This document shows positions 14,543 through 24,118 of a stretch of DNA of 64,000 nucleotides, piece by piece. The position numbers and the translations under genes were made by a program. The stretch lies in contig JAWBZL010000002.1 of assembly GCA_038866255.1 (NCBI GenBank), positions 7,744-71,743 on the forward strand, written 5' to 3'. Position 1 is the stretch's first letter. Each line of letters begins with the position of its first letter. The stretch comes from Archaeoglobaceae archaeon (lineage in GTDB: Archaea; Halobacteriota; Archaeoglobi; Archaeoglobales; Archaeoglobaceae). Under the pieces are notes generated by a model, which saw nothing but the letters and a program-made list of their open reading frames with translations, did not search any database and was not told where the DNA came from.

Positions 14543-16150
14543 ATGAATTATGACTACCAGCTTTTGATAAAACACATACTGGAGAGCGGTGTTAGTTATG
14601 CACCAAAACAGGAAATCGTTTACCGCGATTTGCGGAGATATACTTACAGAGATCTCTATGAACGAGTCTGCAGACTTGCAAATGCACTCGAAGAACTTGG
14701 AGTTAAGAAGGGGACAAGAGTTGCTGTGCTCGACTGGGATTCGCATCGCTATCTCGAATGCTACTTCGCAATTCCAATGCTTGGCGCAGTTTTGCATACA
14801 GTGAACATAAGACTTAGTCCAGATGACTTGCTATATACAATGCAACATGCTGAAGATGAAGTTGTGCTCGTCTACAAAGATTTTGTGCCCTTAATGGAAT
14901 CAATTGCTGACAAATTACCAACGGTAAAGAAATTTGTTGTAATGAGCGATGATACAATGCCAGAAACCAAGCTAACGGATTTAGAATACGAGGAATTGTT
15001 AAAGAAAGCTGGAAAAACCTATGAATTCCCAGATTTTGATGAAAGAACGATGGCAACACTAAGCTACACAACTGGAACTACTGGAAGACCAAAAGGAGTC
15101 TGGTTTACGCATCGCCACCTTGTTTTGCACACCTTGGCAGGCTGTGTAGGTTTATGCGGATTGCGCTCTCCTCTGAGGCTAATTGGAGACAAGGAGGTTT
15201 ACATGCCTCTAACTCCAATGTTTCACGTCCATGCGTGGGGCGTTCCATACATGATAACCCTCCTCGGTCATAAACAGGTTTATCCGGGGAGATATGAGCC
15301 GTTGATGATTTTAAAGCTTGTTATGACTGAAGGCGTTACTTACACGCACTGCGTTCCAACGATTCTGCAAATGATTGTCGACAATCTCCCGCCAGGCATA
15401 AAGTTCAACAACTGGAAAATGCTAATAGGTGGCTCAAAATTGCCAAAAGGGCTCGCATTGAGAGCGAAGGAGAAGGGGATTTTGACGATGGCTGCATATG
15501 GTATGAGCGAAACTTGTCCGGCCCTTACAGCGGCTTATCTAAAACCACACTTACTTGATCTTAGTGAAGATGAGAAAATGGAATATGGAATCAAGACTGG
15601 AATACCATTCCCGTTCGTTTATCTACGCGTTGTTCACGAAGACTTCACTGATGTCAAGAAAGACGGCAAGGACATGGGAGAGATTGTTGTAAGAGCCCCA
15701 TGGCTAACGAAGAGCTATTTGAAGGATGAGGAGAAAACAAAGGAGCTTTGGGCTGGTGGATGGTTGCACACAGGGGACATTGCGGTTATGGATGAAGAGG
15801 GCTATGTAACGATAGTTGATAGACTAAAGGACGTGATCAAAAGCGGAGGAGAGTGGATTTCCTCGCTCACCCTTGAAAGTTTGTTGAGCATGCATCCAAA
15901 AGTGAGAGAAGTAGCAGTGATAGGCAAACCAGACGAGAAATGGGGCGAGAGGCCGGTTGCGATAATAGTTCCCATGCCAAATGAGAAGCCGAGCGAAGAG
16001 GAGCTCAGAAACTTCCTTATGAAGTTTGTTGAAGAGGGAAAAATAACTAAATGGGCTATTCCAGATAAATTCGAAATCGTTGATTCAATTCCGAAGACGA
16101 GCGTTGGAAAAATTGATAAAAAGGCGCTCAGAAAGATTTATTCTAATTAA
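14543..16150 (+). CDS. Fatty-acid--CoA ligase (AMP-dependent synthetase/ligase family)
   Basis: 535 aa; LSYTTGTTGRPKGV, YGMSET, GWLHTGD, PKTSVGKIDK adenylate-forming motifs. Confidence 0.9.
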   Translation: MNYDYQLLIKHILESGVSYAPKQEIVYRDLRRYTYRDLYERVCRLANALEELGVKKGTRVAVLDWDSHRYLECYFAIPMLGAVLHTVNIRLSPDDLLYTMQHAEDEVVLVYKDFVPLMESIADKLPTVKKFVVMSDDTMPETKLTDLEYEELLKKAGKTYEFPDFDERTMATLSYTTGTTGRPKGVWFTHRHLVLHTLAGCVGLCGLRSPLRLIGDKEVYMPLTPMFHVHAWGVPYMITLLGHKQVYPGRYEPLMILKLVMTEGVTYTHCVPTILQMIVDNLPPGIKFNNWKMLIGGSKLPKGLALRAKEKGILTMAAYGMSETCPALTAAYLKPHLLDLSEDEKMEYGIKTGIPFPFVYLRVVHEDFTDVKKDGKDMGEIVVRAPWLTKSYLKDEEKTKELWAGGWLHTGDIAVMDEEGYVTIVDRLKDVIKSGGEWISSLTLESLLSMHPKVREVAVIGKPDEKWGERPVAIIVPMPNEKPSEEELRNFLMKFVEEGKITKWAIPDKFEIVDSIPKTSVGKIDKKALRKIYSN

Positions 16151-16160
16151 ATTTTTTATT
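16151..16160 (+). terminator. Oligo-T tract right after the acyl-CoA ligase stop (archaeal-type terminator candidate)
   Basis: ATTTTTTATT between convergent stops at 16150 and 16160. Confidence 0.3.
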
Positions 16161-17065
16161 TAATCTCCAAACGTTATCACTGGACTCGTGCCAATTCTTT
16201 TAGCACCCATGTTTCTGAGTATGGGCTTTAAAAACTTCACTCTCGCTTTGTCCACAATTATGTGCACAGCAGCAGCGCCCTTAGCAAGTGGAGAAATTGT
16301 TGGATCGAAACCTTCACCGGTTAAATATTCCACTATCCTTTTCAGGTCTCTCTCTTCTGGCACGTTGAAATAAAGGCTCACGAGGTTTCGGGAATTTATT
16401 ACCTCATTTATATCTGTTACCAGGTTTTCGAGCACACTTCTCTTCTCATTATTTTCAAGAGAATCCCTGTTGGCTATAAAAACGGACTGAACTTCTCTTA
16501 GCACATCTATTATCCTGCATCTGTTCTCCTTCAGCGTTGTTCCGAATTCCGTTACCTCTATTATCAGATCCGCTTCAGGCAGAGGGGGGAGAATTGATGC
16601 CTCAGTTTTACCTATGGGGTCAAAAACGACTGCATTTAATCCATGTTTTTTTGCGTATTCTTTTGCAATCTCTGGAAATTCGGAAGCGATATAAACTCTC
16701 CTTTCTCCCACTTCTGCCTTGAAGTCCTCTATGCTCCTCACTTTTGGATAAACTTCCTCAGAAATTGCTGCAACGAGCTTTGTTGGACGAAGCGGTAGCG
16801 AATCGAGCACAACAACGTTTTTTAACTCTATTTTGAGCTTCCAGTTTTCAAGGATATCCTCCCCCGTAATCCCCGCATCTCCTTTTCCAAGCTCTACATA
16901 AAGAGGCATTATCTGCGGGCGAACTTGCTTAAAGATGAGCTTTGGATGATCCACATCAATAAGATAACCTCTCTCACTCTTTCCAAGCCTATAACCAGCT
17001 GCTATTAGCGCATCCCATATTGGTTTTTCAAGATGACCATCGGGGAAGTAGACTTTAACGGGCAT
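16160..17065 (-). CDS. hisG: ATP phosphoribosyltransferase (long form with C-terminal regulatory domain)
   Basis: 301 aa; VRPQIMPLYVELGKGDAGITGEDIL and EFGTTLKENRCRII HisG motifs. Confidence 0.85.
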   Translation of the reverse strand: MPVKVYFPDGHLEKPIWDALIAAGYRLGKSERGYLIDVDHPKLIFKQVRPQIMPLYVELGKGDAGITGEDILENWKLKIELKNVVVLDSLPLRPTKLVAAISEEVYPKVRSIEDFKAEVGERRVYIASEFPEIAKEYAKKHGLNAVVFDPIGKTEASILPPLPEADLIIEVTEFGTTLKENRCRIIDVLREVQSVFIANRDSLENNEKRSVLENLVTDINEVINSRNLVSLYFNVPEERDLKRIVEYLTGEGFDPTISPLAKGAAAVHIIVDKARVKFLKPILRNMGAKRIGTSPVITFGD

Positions 17066-17092
17066 ATTGAAAGTTGAGCATCTTTTTAAAAA

Positions 17093-17797
17093 CTATTCTA
17101 CTGCTTTACCAATCGCTATGTTTGTGGCAAATGAAACAGCAGAAAGTCCTGTTTGAATGCAAAATTCAATTGCCGAGTCGAAAATTGCTGCTTTTGAAAC
17201 TATAAGTGGAATTCCTGTGTTTGCACACTTCATTGCTATCCCCCTTGAAATTCTACCTGAAAGAAGTAAAAAGGATTCATCAAAATTAGCCTTTTGTAAC
17301 GCTGCAAACCCTATTGCCTTGTCAACTGCGTTGTGTCTTCCAACATCATAGGCGCGGAAAAATCTTTCGTTCTCAACAACCACTGCAATGTGATAACCGC
17401 GGGTTTTCTTGTACTCTTCCACCTCAAGCAAACTCAAATACTCTTTTAGCGTCGAAATCGAGAACTTCTTTTTTGGCTCTACTCTTTTTTTAAACTCATT
17501 AATTTTAACGCCAATGCAACCAGAGCTATGGATTTTAGTTGCAAAAGAACTTCCTGGAATTTCTAAGAGAACTAAGTCATCATGGAGTTCAACTTTTATA
17601 TCCTCAAGTTGTTTTACAATACCTTCAGAAATCAAAAAACCAACTGCAAGCTCTTTGAGCATCGATGGTGTGCACATAAGATAGTGTGGCTTCCCATTTA
17701 TGATCAGTGCTATTTCTTTCTCTACTGCAATCTCGAGAGGGTCTCCAATGATTTTCAAATCCTTTAAAATCTTTTTATCTAAAAAATTGGGGTTCAT
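17093..17797 (-). CDS. fdhD: Formate dehydrogenase accessory sulfurtransferase FdhD
   Basis: 234 aa; LAVGFLISEGIV, GRHNAVDKAIG, SGRISRGIAMKCANTGIPLIVSKAA. Confidence 0.85.
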   Translation of the reverse strand: MNPNFLDKKILKDLKIIGDPLEIAVEKEIALIINGKPHYLMCTPSMLKELAVGFLISEGIVKQLEDIKVELHDDLVLLEIPGSSFATKIHSSGCIGVKINEFKKRVEPKKKFSISTLKEYLSLLEVEEYKKTRGYHIAVVVENERFFRAYDVGRHNAVDKAIGFAALQKANFDESFLLLSGRISRGIAMKCANTGIPLIVSKAAIFDSAIEFCIQTGLSAVSFATNIAIGKAVE

Positions 17798-18210
17798 CAG
17801 TCGATTCTACCTTTAAAAAGAACACCCATTTTTTCAAGAATATTTTTTGCTTTTTCCAAGTCGCTTACTCGAAAGATTATCAATGCTCTGTGCTTTTCAG
17901 AAGTGAAGGCGTAGACGTATTCTATGTTTATTCCTTCATCTCCAAGCGCTTTTGAAATTCTAAAAAGCTCACCAGGTTTATCCTCAACTTCGACAGCAAT
18001 GACTTCGCTCACAGTTACTGTGAAACCAGCCTCTTTCAATGCTTTGTATGCCTTCTCAGTGTTGTCTACAACCATTCTTATTATCCCGAAGTCGCCGGCG
18101 TCAGCAATTGTAAAGGCTCTTAGATTTATGCCTTTGCTGAAAAGAACTCCTGTAACAGCGGCAAGTCTTCCTGGTTTGTTCTCCACAAACACGGAAAGCT
18201 GCTTTATCAT
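17797..18210 (-). CDS. Tandem ACT-domain protein (small-molecule binding), partner of the PaaK-like ligase
   Basis: 137 aa, two ACT repeats (LSVFVENKPGRLAAV..., IAVEVEDKPGELFRI...); 10 nt downstream of the ligase gene. Confidence 0.8.
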   Translation of the reverse strand: MIKQLSVFVENKPGRLAAVTGVLFSKGINLRAFTIADAGDFGIIRMVVDNTEKAYKALKEAGFTVTVSEVIAVEVEDKPGELFRISKALGDEGINIEYVYAFTSEKHRALIIFRVSDLEKAKNILEKMGVLFKGRID

Positions 18211-18220
18211 AAAATCAGCC

Positions 18221-19519
18221 TCATATCTTCCTCTTGTCTATAACTCTTTTTGCCTTACCCTCAAATCTCTGCAATGTTCCTGGATTTACGATCTCTACTT
18301 TTGCATAAATTCCAAGCACACTCTTAAGTCTATCTTCAACTTTTTTCTTAAGGTTTAGTATATCTGCTGGTTTTTCAATTGAGACTTTTTCGTTCAACTC
18401 CACTTGTATCGTCATCTCATCGAGATTTTCAACCCTTTCAAGGATTATCATGTAATGTTCCCCTAATTCCGGAATCTGCATGAGAACATGCTCCACTTGA
18501 CTTGGAAAAACGTTTACACCGCGAACAATCAACATGTCATCACTTCTGCCAAGAATGCGCATAATCCGTGGATGTGTTCTTCCGCAGTTGCACTTTTCAG
18601 TCTCGATTATAGTTATATCTCCCGTTCTCCACCTTATCAGCGGCATCGCTTCTTTGCTGAGAGTTGTTACAACAAGTTCTCCTTTCTCGCCTTCACCAAT
18701 ATTCTCTCCACTTTCCGGATCAATCGCTTCAATCAGGAAATGATCCGCCCAGATGTGCAAACCATCTCTTTCAACGCATTCCGTGAAGAGTGGTCCACTT
18801 AGCTCAGATGTGCCATAGACATCGTAAGCCGTGATTCCCGTTTTATCTTCAATTCTTTTTCTTGTCTCCTCACTCCATGGCTCTGCTCCAAAAATTCCCA
18901 TTCTAAGCTTTGTTTCTCTTATGCTTATCCCCATTTTTTCAGCAAATTCTGCCATGTAAAGCATATAAGATGGTGTGCAGGCAATAACTGTGACGTTCAG
19001 ATCTTTCATGAGCTCTATTTGCCTTGCAGTATTTCCAGCAGAGATTGGCAAAGCTGTGGCCCCAATTCTTTCCGCAGCGTAGTGAAATCCAAGACCGCCT
19101 GTGAACAATCCATAACCGTAGGCGATTTGTATGATATCCTCGTTTGTAACTCCACAGCTTACAAGACCTCTACATAGACTTTCTACCCATACCCTTATGT
19201 CGTTTGCAGTGTATCCAACAAGTGTGGGTTTTCCAGTGGTTCCGCTTGAAGCGTGAAATCTAACAATCTGTGACAAAGGCACAGCAAACATTCCAAAAGG
19301 ATAGTTGTCTCTTAGATCCCTCTTTCTCGTAAAAGGAAGCTTTGAAATGTCTTCAAGACTTTTTATGTCCGAGGGATGTATTCCCAGTTCCTTAAACTTT
19401 TTTTTGTAAAATGGAGAATATTCGTAGGCATTGCTAACAAGAGTTCTCAGCTTTCTTTCCTGTATCTCTTTCAACTCCTTCTGCGGCATCCTCTCAACGC
19501 TCGGATTCCAGAACATCAT
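18221..19519 (-). CDS. paaK: Phenylacetate--CoA ligase family (PaaK / F390-synthetase-like) adenylate-forming enzyme
   Basis: HASSGTTGKPT, YGTSE motifs. GGAGGTGA SD (19521-19528) favours ATG 19519 or 19516 over the ORF-track start 19546. Confidence 0.85.
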   Translation of the reverse strand: MMFWNPSVERMPQKELKEIQERKLRTLVSNAYEYSPFYKKKFKELGIHPSDIKSLEDISKLPFTRKRDLRDNYPFGMFAVPLSQIVRFHASSGTTGKPTLVGYTANDIRVWVESLCRGLVSCGVTNEDIIQIAYGYGLFTGGLGFHYAAERIGATALPISAGNTARQIELMKDLNVTVIACTPSYMLYMAEFAEKMGISIRETKLRMGIFGAEPWSEETRKRIEDKTGITAYDVYGTSELSGPLFTECVERDGLHIWADHFLIEAIDPESGENIGEGEKGELVVTTLSKEAMPLIRWRTGDITIIETEKCNCGRTHPRIMRILGRSDDMLIVRGVNVFPSQVEHVLMQIPELGEHYMIILERVENLDEMTIQVELNEKVSIEKPADILNLKKKVEDRLKSVLGIYAKVEIVNPGTLQRFEGKAKRVIDKRKI

Positions 19520-19576
19520 TTCACCTCCAAGGCTTTTGTGATTCATCGTATTTTAAAGTAACCGATTCATCAAGCA

Positions 19577-20209
19577 TCATTTTTTCACCCCATGAATGAA
19601 TATATGATCCCTGTGATAGGGCTCAAGTTCCCCTTTTCCGAGGATTGAAAAAGTCTTCGAAATTCTTCGGAGCACAGATGGAAAAATTTCTTTTGCTTCA
19701 ATTGTTGAATCTATACTCTTCGCCTTCACCATTATCATGAATTCCCCACTATCTTTCAGGAAGAACTCGGAATTGAGCTCGAGTATTTCTATCTGATTCT
19801 TCTGTGCTACGTCTTCGTAAATGAAGTCAACTTTTTCCACTATCCCGCTATATTCCCAAGGTTTACTCGCATCACCCAGAATTGGAATTATGTTCTCCCT
19901 CTCCCTTGATAATTCGAGAAGCCTCATGAATGGCTTTGCGGAGAATTCTATCGCATATATTACACCCTTATCTACAATGTCAGCCAAATGACTTGCAGTT
20001 GTTCCACTTGCGGCCCCGAGGTATAGTATCTTTTCATTTCCCCTAAAATCTATTTCGTATCCCTTGAGAATAACTGCTGAGAGCTTACTTCTCCATGGGA
20101 TCCATTCGCGGAATTTTTCTCCACTAACGTCAAAGATTCTCTCACCATAGTAGCTTCCAAAACTGCTTTTAGTAGCAGGAACCCCATTTACTATTTTAAC
20201 ATTTCTCAT
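19577..20209 (-). CDS. flpA: Fibrillarin, C/D box sRNP 2'-O-methyltransferase
   Basis: 210 aa; LYLGAASGTTASHLADIV SAM motif; 4-nt overlap with nop5. Confidence 0.95.
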   Translation of the reverse strand: MRNVKIVNGVPATKSSFGSYYGERIFDVSGEKFREWIPWRSKLSAVILKGYEIDFRGNEKILYLGAASGTTASHLADIVDKGVIYAIEFSAKPFMRLLELSRERENIIPILGDASKPWEYSGIVEKVDFIYEDVAQKNQIEILELNSEFFLKDSGEFMIMVKAKSIDSTIEAKEIFPSVLRRISKTFSILGKGELEPYHRDHIFIHGVKK

Positions 20210-20988
20210 TTTCTCCTCAGCTCCTCGTATTTCCTCTTCACGGACTCATAAATTCCCTCCTCAAGCTCTCCGCGGAAAAAGTCTATTTTTGAGGCGATTG
20301 AGATCTTTGTTGCAAGAAATCTTGCCATTTTTCCCCTTTTCTGTTTTGGAAGATTTCGGACAAAGCTGTGAAGAAATATTATTCCATGCTTTGGCATTTT
20401 AGCATCCTTCCCTCTTTTTATTCTCGCAATGGCTTTGTAAAGACTTTTCTCAGCACCAGCAATCTGTATTTTACTCGCAGGTGAAAAAGCAAGTCTCTTC
20501 AAGCTACCAAATTTCTCTATTAGCTTTGCTCCAATCTTTGAACCGGCTACTTCACTTAAGTTTGGAGCTATTTTCCCCATCATGGACTCTATTTCTTCTT
20601 CTATCTTTTTTCTGAGTTTTTCAAGTTCTTCAATTCCGCTTTCAAAATCTTTCTGAACTTCAGATTCTCTGACAACTCTAAGATCCTCTTTTTTCTCTTT
20701 AAGAGTGTTGATCACTTCTTCAACGCCATTAAGTGCCTTTACAAGTGCAATCAGATAGTTTTCATCACTCCCCAGCTCTTTTCGCATCTTCTCCTCTCCA
20801 ACCTCAATTGCAACCCTTCTCAACAGTGTGTAGTAATCGCTTCCAAAAACCCTAAAACCGAGCTCTGAAACATTGAAAGGAAGCGGAGAAGTGTTGAAAG
20901 CAGATTTAAAGCTCTCTTTCAGGTTTTTGGAAACCCTAAGCTCGTCTTCGAGCACACCAAACCAGAGGTTATACTTCAATCTCAGCAC
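20206..20988 (-). CDS. nop5: Nop5 (Nop56/58) C/D box sRNP core protein
   Basis: 260 aa; Nop domain QIAGAEKSLYKAIARIKRGKDAKMPKHGIIFLHSFV; immediately upstream of fibrillarin. Confidence 0.9.
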   Translation of the reverse strand: MLRLKYNLWFGVLEDELRVSKNLKESFKSAFNTSPLPFNVSELGFRVFGSDYYTLLRRVAIEVGEEKMRKELGSDENYLIALVKALNGVEEVINTLKEKKEDLRVVRESEVQKDFESGIEELEKLRKKIEEEIESMMGKIAPNLSEVAGSKIGAKLIEKFGSLKRLAFSPASKIQIAGAEKSLYKAIARIKRGKDAKMPKHGIIFLHSFVRNLPKQKRGKMARFLATKISIASKIDFFRGELEEGIYESVKRKYEELRRK

Positions 20989-21904
20989 CCCTATTTCTGC
21001 CTTTTGTAATTATTTTTTCGCATTTAAGTCCTTTTTCAGCAAAATAACCTGAGATCTCTCTTGCAAGGGATTTAGCATTCGCGTCTGTAACTGCATAAAC
21101 ACTTGGACCAGTTGAGCTTAGACCTACTGGCATTGAATCTATCAGCTGCCTGATGAGCGATCCGTAACGCTCAACCTCTGCTTTTTTAAATCCAAGCTCA
21201 TGAATTCTGCTTATTGCGAAATTAAATGAGTCCAGATCATTTTCTACGAGAGATGGTAGAAGTTTCATGAGAATTAAATGGCAAAGTTCTCTAACCTCCT
21301 CAATGGGAACCGGGCAGCTTTTTTGAAATAGTTCAATTTCCCCACTTCCATAAGCACCGCTGAGCTCGGGAACTACGACAACAACATCCCAGTTCGGGAA
21401 ATCTAATCGAGAAATTAGCGGCGCCGGTTTTGCCTTACTTGCAGAGGAGGGCATAAAACTCTTTTTTTCTTCCCATCGATGACCTCCATCAACGACAAAG
21501 CCGCCATGCTCAAAAACAGCAACTCCAATCCCCGAAGTGCCGCCTCTCCCAGTTATCTCGGCAATCTGTCTAATACTTAATTCAATTCCGTAAAGTGCGC
21601 AGTAAGCCTTTCCAATTGCTAACGAGATTTGCGTCCCACTTCCAAGACCTATGTGCGATTTGTAATCAGAAATAACTTTGATTTCTATCCCCTTTCCAAA
21701 TCTTGTTTCAAATTTTTTTGCCACTCTTTCAAATCTTTCTAAATTTGAAGATTTGCCTTCCACAACGACTTTTTCACTTTCAAACGCCTTTATCTCGATA
21801 AATGGTTCATTTATGGCAAATCCAACTCCCCCATCCACTCTTCCAATGGTTGCATTCATGTCGATTAGTGTGACATGGATTCTTGATGGGGTTCTTATTC
21901 GCAT
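20969..21904 (-). CDS. mptG: Beta-ribofuranosylaminobenzene 5'-phosphate synthase (methanopterin biosynthesis; GHMP-kinase fold)
   Basis: MRIRTPSRIHVTLIDMN..GRVDGGVGFAI, GLGSGTQISLAIG. ATG 21904 preferred; the ORF-track start 21997 adds 31 non-conserved aa. Confidence 0.8.
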   Translation of the reverse strand: MRIRTPSRIHVTLIDMNATIGRVDGGVGFAINEPFIEIKAFESEKVVVEGKSSNLERFERVAKKFETRFGKGIEIKVISDYKSHIGLGSGTQISLAIGKAYCALYGIELSIRQIAEITGRGGTSGIGVAVFEHGGFVVDGGHRWEEKKSFMPSSASKAKPAPLISRLDFPNWDVVVVVPELSGAYGSGEIELFQKSCPVPIEEVRELCHLILMKLLPSLVENDLDSFNFAISRIHELGFKKAEVERYGSLIRQLIDSMPVGLSSTGPSVYAVTDANAKSLAREISGYFAEKGLKCEKIITKGRNRGAEIEV

Positions 21905-21953
21905 AAAATGAGGATTGCGGGAAAATATTAAAAGCTTTAGCTCTATTGCAGAC

Positions 21954-22688
21954 ATGGAAAGAGAGGTTATCGAAAACCTTGCAGAAAATCTATGCAACAG
22001 GGTTGTTGTTACAGAAGAAGAACTAAAAAGAAGGGCTTTAAGAGTTGCTTTAAAAGTTCATGGCTTCGAAATGGTAAATTTGACAAATGAACAGCTGATG
22101 GAAATTGTTCAAAGCTTTATTGAATCGCCAATCACATTAAATAGCCTTTATTTCTCGGAGGAAGTTGATGGGTATGGTGTTAAATTTTATCATTTGCACA
22201 CAAAATCTCCTTCTCGAAGAGATTTTGAAATCGCTTACGAGGAATTTTTAAAGTCCAAGGAATTCCTGAGCAATCTTGAAAGGCTAATGATTTCTGCAGA
22301 CAAATTCTTTTTTGATCACAGCAAAAAAGGGCAGTTTCTCCGCATATACTCGGGCAGAAACAGCTACTGTGTGTTTTTCTCAACAATTTCAGATACTTTT
22401 GAGGACGCAAAGCTTCACTTGGAGCTTGCAAAGAAGTTCAATGGGGAATACATTGTGATCGTGCAAACAGAAAAAGACCCGAGGGATTTTATTAGGTTTT
22501 TTAAACATTACTCGGAGGAATTCAAGAGGATAAATGCAAAAATCTGGGTTGCAAATGTGGAAAATCTTAGCATAGATCCTTTCATCGGTTATCCAATAGA
22601 TTTTACACTTATCTCAAGGTTTAGAAATCCTAAGTTTGCAACTTTGATAAATTCTCTTTGGAGGGTAAAGATTGATGGGATCGATTAA
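21954..22688 (+). CDS. Hypothetical protein (no family recognised)
   Basis: 244-aa ORF from ATG 21954 (track start 21915 is TTG); normal coding-like composition; fills the gap between mptG and the ADH synthase gene. Confidence 0.6.
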   Translation: MEREVIENLAENLCNRVVVTEEELKRRALRVALKVHGFEMVNLTNEQLMEIVQSFIESPITLNSLYFSEEVDGYGVKFYHLHTKSPSRRDFEIAYEEFLKSKEFLSNLERLMISADKFFFDHSKKGQFLRIYSGRNSYCVFFSTISDTFEDAKLHLELAKKFNGEYIVIVQTEKDPRDFIRFFKHYSEEFKRINAKIWVANVENLSIDPFIGYPIDFTLISRFRNPKFATLINSLWRVKIDGID

Positions 22689-22690
22689 AA

Positions 22691-23530
22691 TCAGCTTCTC
22701 AAATATTGAATCGCCTCCCTGACTTCCACGTTTTCATGCACAATCATGGCAATAGCTCTCGTCATTTTGGTCGGATCTCTTGCCTGAAATATATTCCTGC
22801 CAATCGCAACCCCTCTTGCTCCAGCATCCATCGCCATCCGCACCATTTGAAGCAATTCTTCATCGCTGCCCATCTTTGGTCCACCAGCTATCACTACAGG
22901 CACAGGGCAACCTTCCACAACTTTTTTAAAGCTTTCAACGTCGCCAGTAAAGTTTGTTTTCACAATATCCGCACCAAGCTCCGCTCCAACCCTTGCAGCA
23001 AGGCTTACAGCCTTAGGATCGAATTGATTAACCTTCTCTCCCCTCGGATACATCATCGCAAGCAAAGGCATACCCCATTCAGCGCAAATCTTGGATATTT
23101 CACCAAGGTTTTTCAACTGCTCTGCTTCAGTTTTACTTCCAACGTTGATGTGCACGCTAACAGCATCAGCTCCGAGCTTTATCGCCTCCTCGACAGTGCA
23201 GACGAGAACTTTTTCATTCGGATCTGGAGAAAGAGTAGTTGATGCACTGAGATGGATTATCAGCCCCACGTCTCTCCCATAGCCCCGATGCCCATAGGCT
23301 ACGATTCCTTTGTGCACAACAACTGCATTTGCACCACCTTCTGCAACCGCATTTATTGTTTTTGCAAGATTTGTAAGCCCCTCAATTGGCCCCATTGAAA
23401 CTCCGTGATCCATTGGAACAATTACCGTGTTTTTTGTATTTCGGTTGATTATTCGCTCGAGTCGAATTCTTTTTCCAATCATGTTAGTGAGTTTCAAAGT
23501 GGCAATATAAAGTTTTTGAAATCTGTCCAA
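22691..23530 (-). CDS. aroA': 2-amino-3,7-dideoxy-D-threo-hept-6-ulosonate (ADH) synthase, class I aldolase (DhnA) family; alternative shikimate-pathway entry
   Basis: [55 protein letters not shown]: motif-for-motif like M. jannaschii MJ0400 as I recall it. Alternative start ATG 23482 ([11 protein letters not shown]). Confidence 0.8.
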   Translation of the reverse strand: MDRFQKLYIATLKLTNMIGKRIRLERIINRNTKNTVIVPMDHGVSMGPIEGLTNLAKTINAVAEGGANAVVVHKGIVAYGHRGYGRDVGLIIHLSASTTLSPDPNEKVLVCTVEEAIKLGADAVSVHINVGSKTEAEQLKNLGEISKICAEWGMPLLAMMYPRGEKVNQFDPKAVSLAARVGAELGADIVKTNFTGDVESFKKVVEGCPVPVVIAGGPKMGSDEELLQMVRMAMDAGARGVAIGRNIFQARDPTKMTRAIAMIVHENVEVREAIQYLRS

Positions 23531-23560
23531 TGAAAAACCGAGAAAGATTTATAAATTTCT

Positions 23561-24118
23561 ATGAGAAAAAAAATGGGTGATATTATGACAATTAGTGAGA
23601 AAGTTGTGAAGGCACTGAATGTTCAGTTGAACAGGGAGATTTATTCTGCATATCTTTATCTTTCGATGTCAGCCTATTTTGAGTCTTTGGGTTTGAAGGG
23701 GTTTGCGAGCTGGATGAAAGTTCAGTGGCAAGAGGAGCTGATGCATGCAATGAAATTCTTTGATTACATTGCAAATCGCGGTGGTAGAGTTGAGCTTTAT
23801 GAAATCGAAACACCGCAAAAAGACTGGGCCTCACCACTTGAAGCTTTTGAATTCGCTTTGGAACATGAAAAAGCTGTTACAAAGCGAATCTCGGATCTCG
23901 TTAATATGGCAGTTGAAGAAAGAGATCATGCGACTTTTAACATGCTCCAGTGGTTTGTAAACGAGCAGGTAGAGGAAGAGAAGAGCTTTGGTGAAATCGT
24001 TGCAAAGTTGAGGCTCGCTGGAAACGACACGAGAGCTTTGCTTTTCCTTGATTCAGAACTTGGTCAGCGAAAATTTGGTGTGGGAGAAGATGAATCCGGA
24101 AGCGCTGTTCAAGATTAG
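23561..24118 (+). CDS. Ferritin
   Basis: LNVQLNREIYSAYLYLSMSAYF, QEELMHAMKFFDYI, ALEHEKAVT ferroxidase-centre pattern. TATA ATTTATAAAT at 23548-23557 suggests the real start is ATG 23573 or 23585. Confidence 0.9.
   Translation: MRKKMGDIMTISEKVVKALNVQLNREIYSAYLYLSMSAYFESLGLKGFASWMKVQWQEELMHAMKFFDYIANRGGRVELYEIETPQKDWASPLEAFEFALEHEKAVTKRISDLVNMAVEERDHATFNMLQWFVNEQVEEEKSFGEIVAKLRLAGNDTRALLFLDSELGQRKFGVGEDESGSAVQD

Noticed and set aside
14105-14797. 230-aa minus-strand ORF spanning the 3' end of the ATP-cone gene, the intergenic spacer and the 5' end of the acyl-CoA ligase gene
   Set aside because: It is antisense to two genes with clear family motifs, its composition is Cys/Phe/Ser/Asn-rich and non-protein-like, and it has no recognisable domain. 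It is a typical shadow ORF in AT-rich DNA.
24048-24089. Longer N-terminal extension of the flavin reductase ORF (track start 24048)
   Set aside because: The extension lies wholly inside the ferritin coding region and adds non-conserved residues. The family-typical N-terminus begins at ATG 24090.
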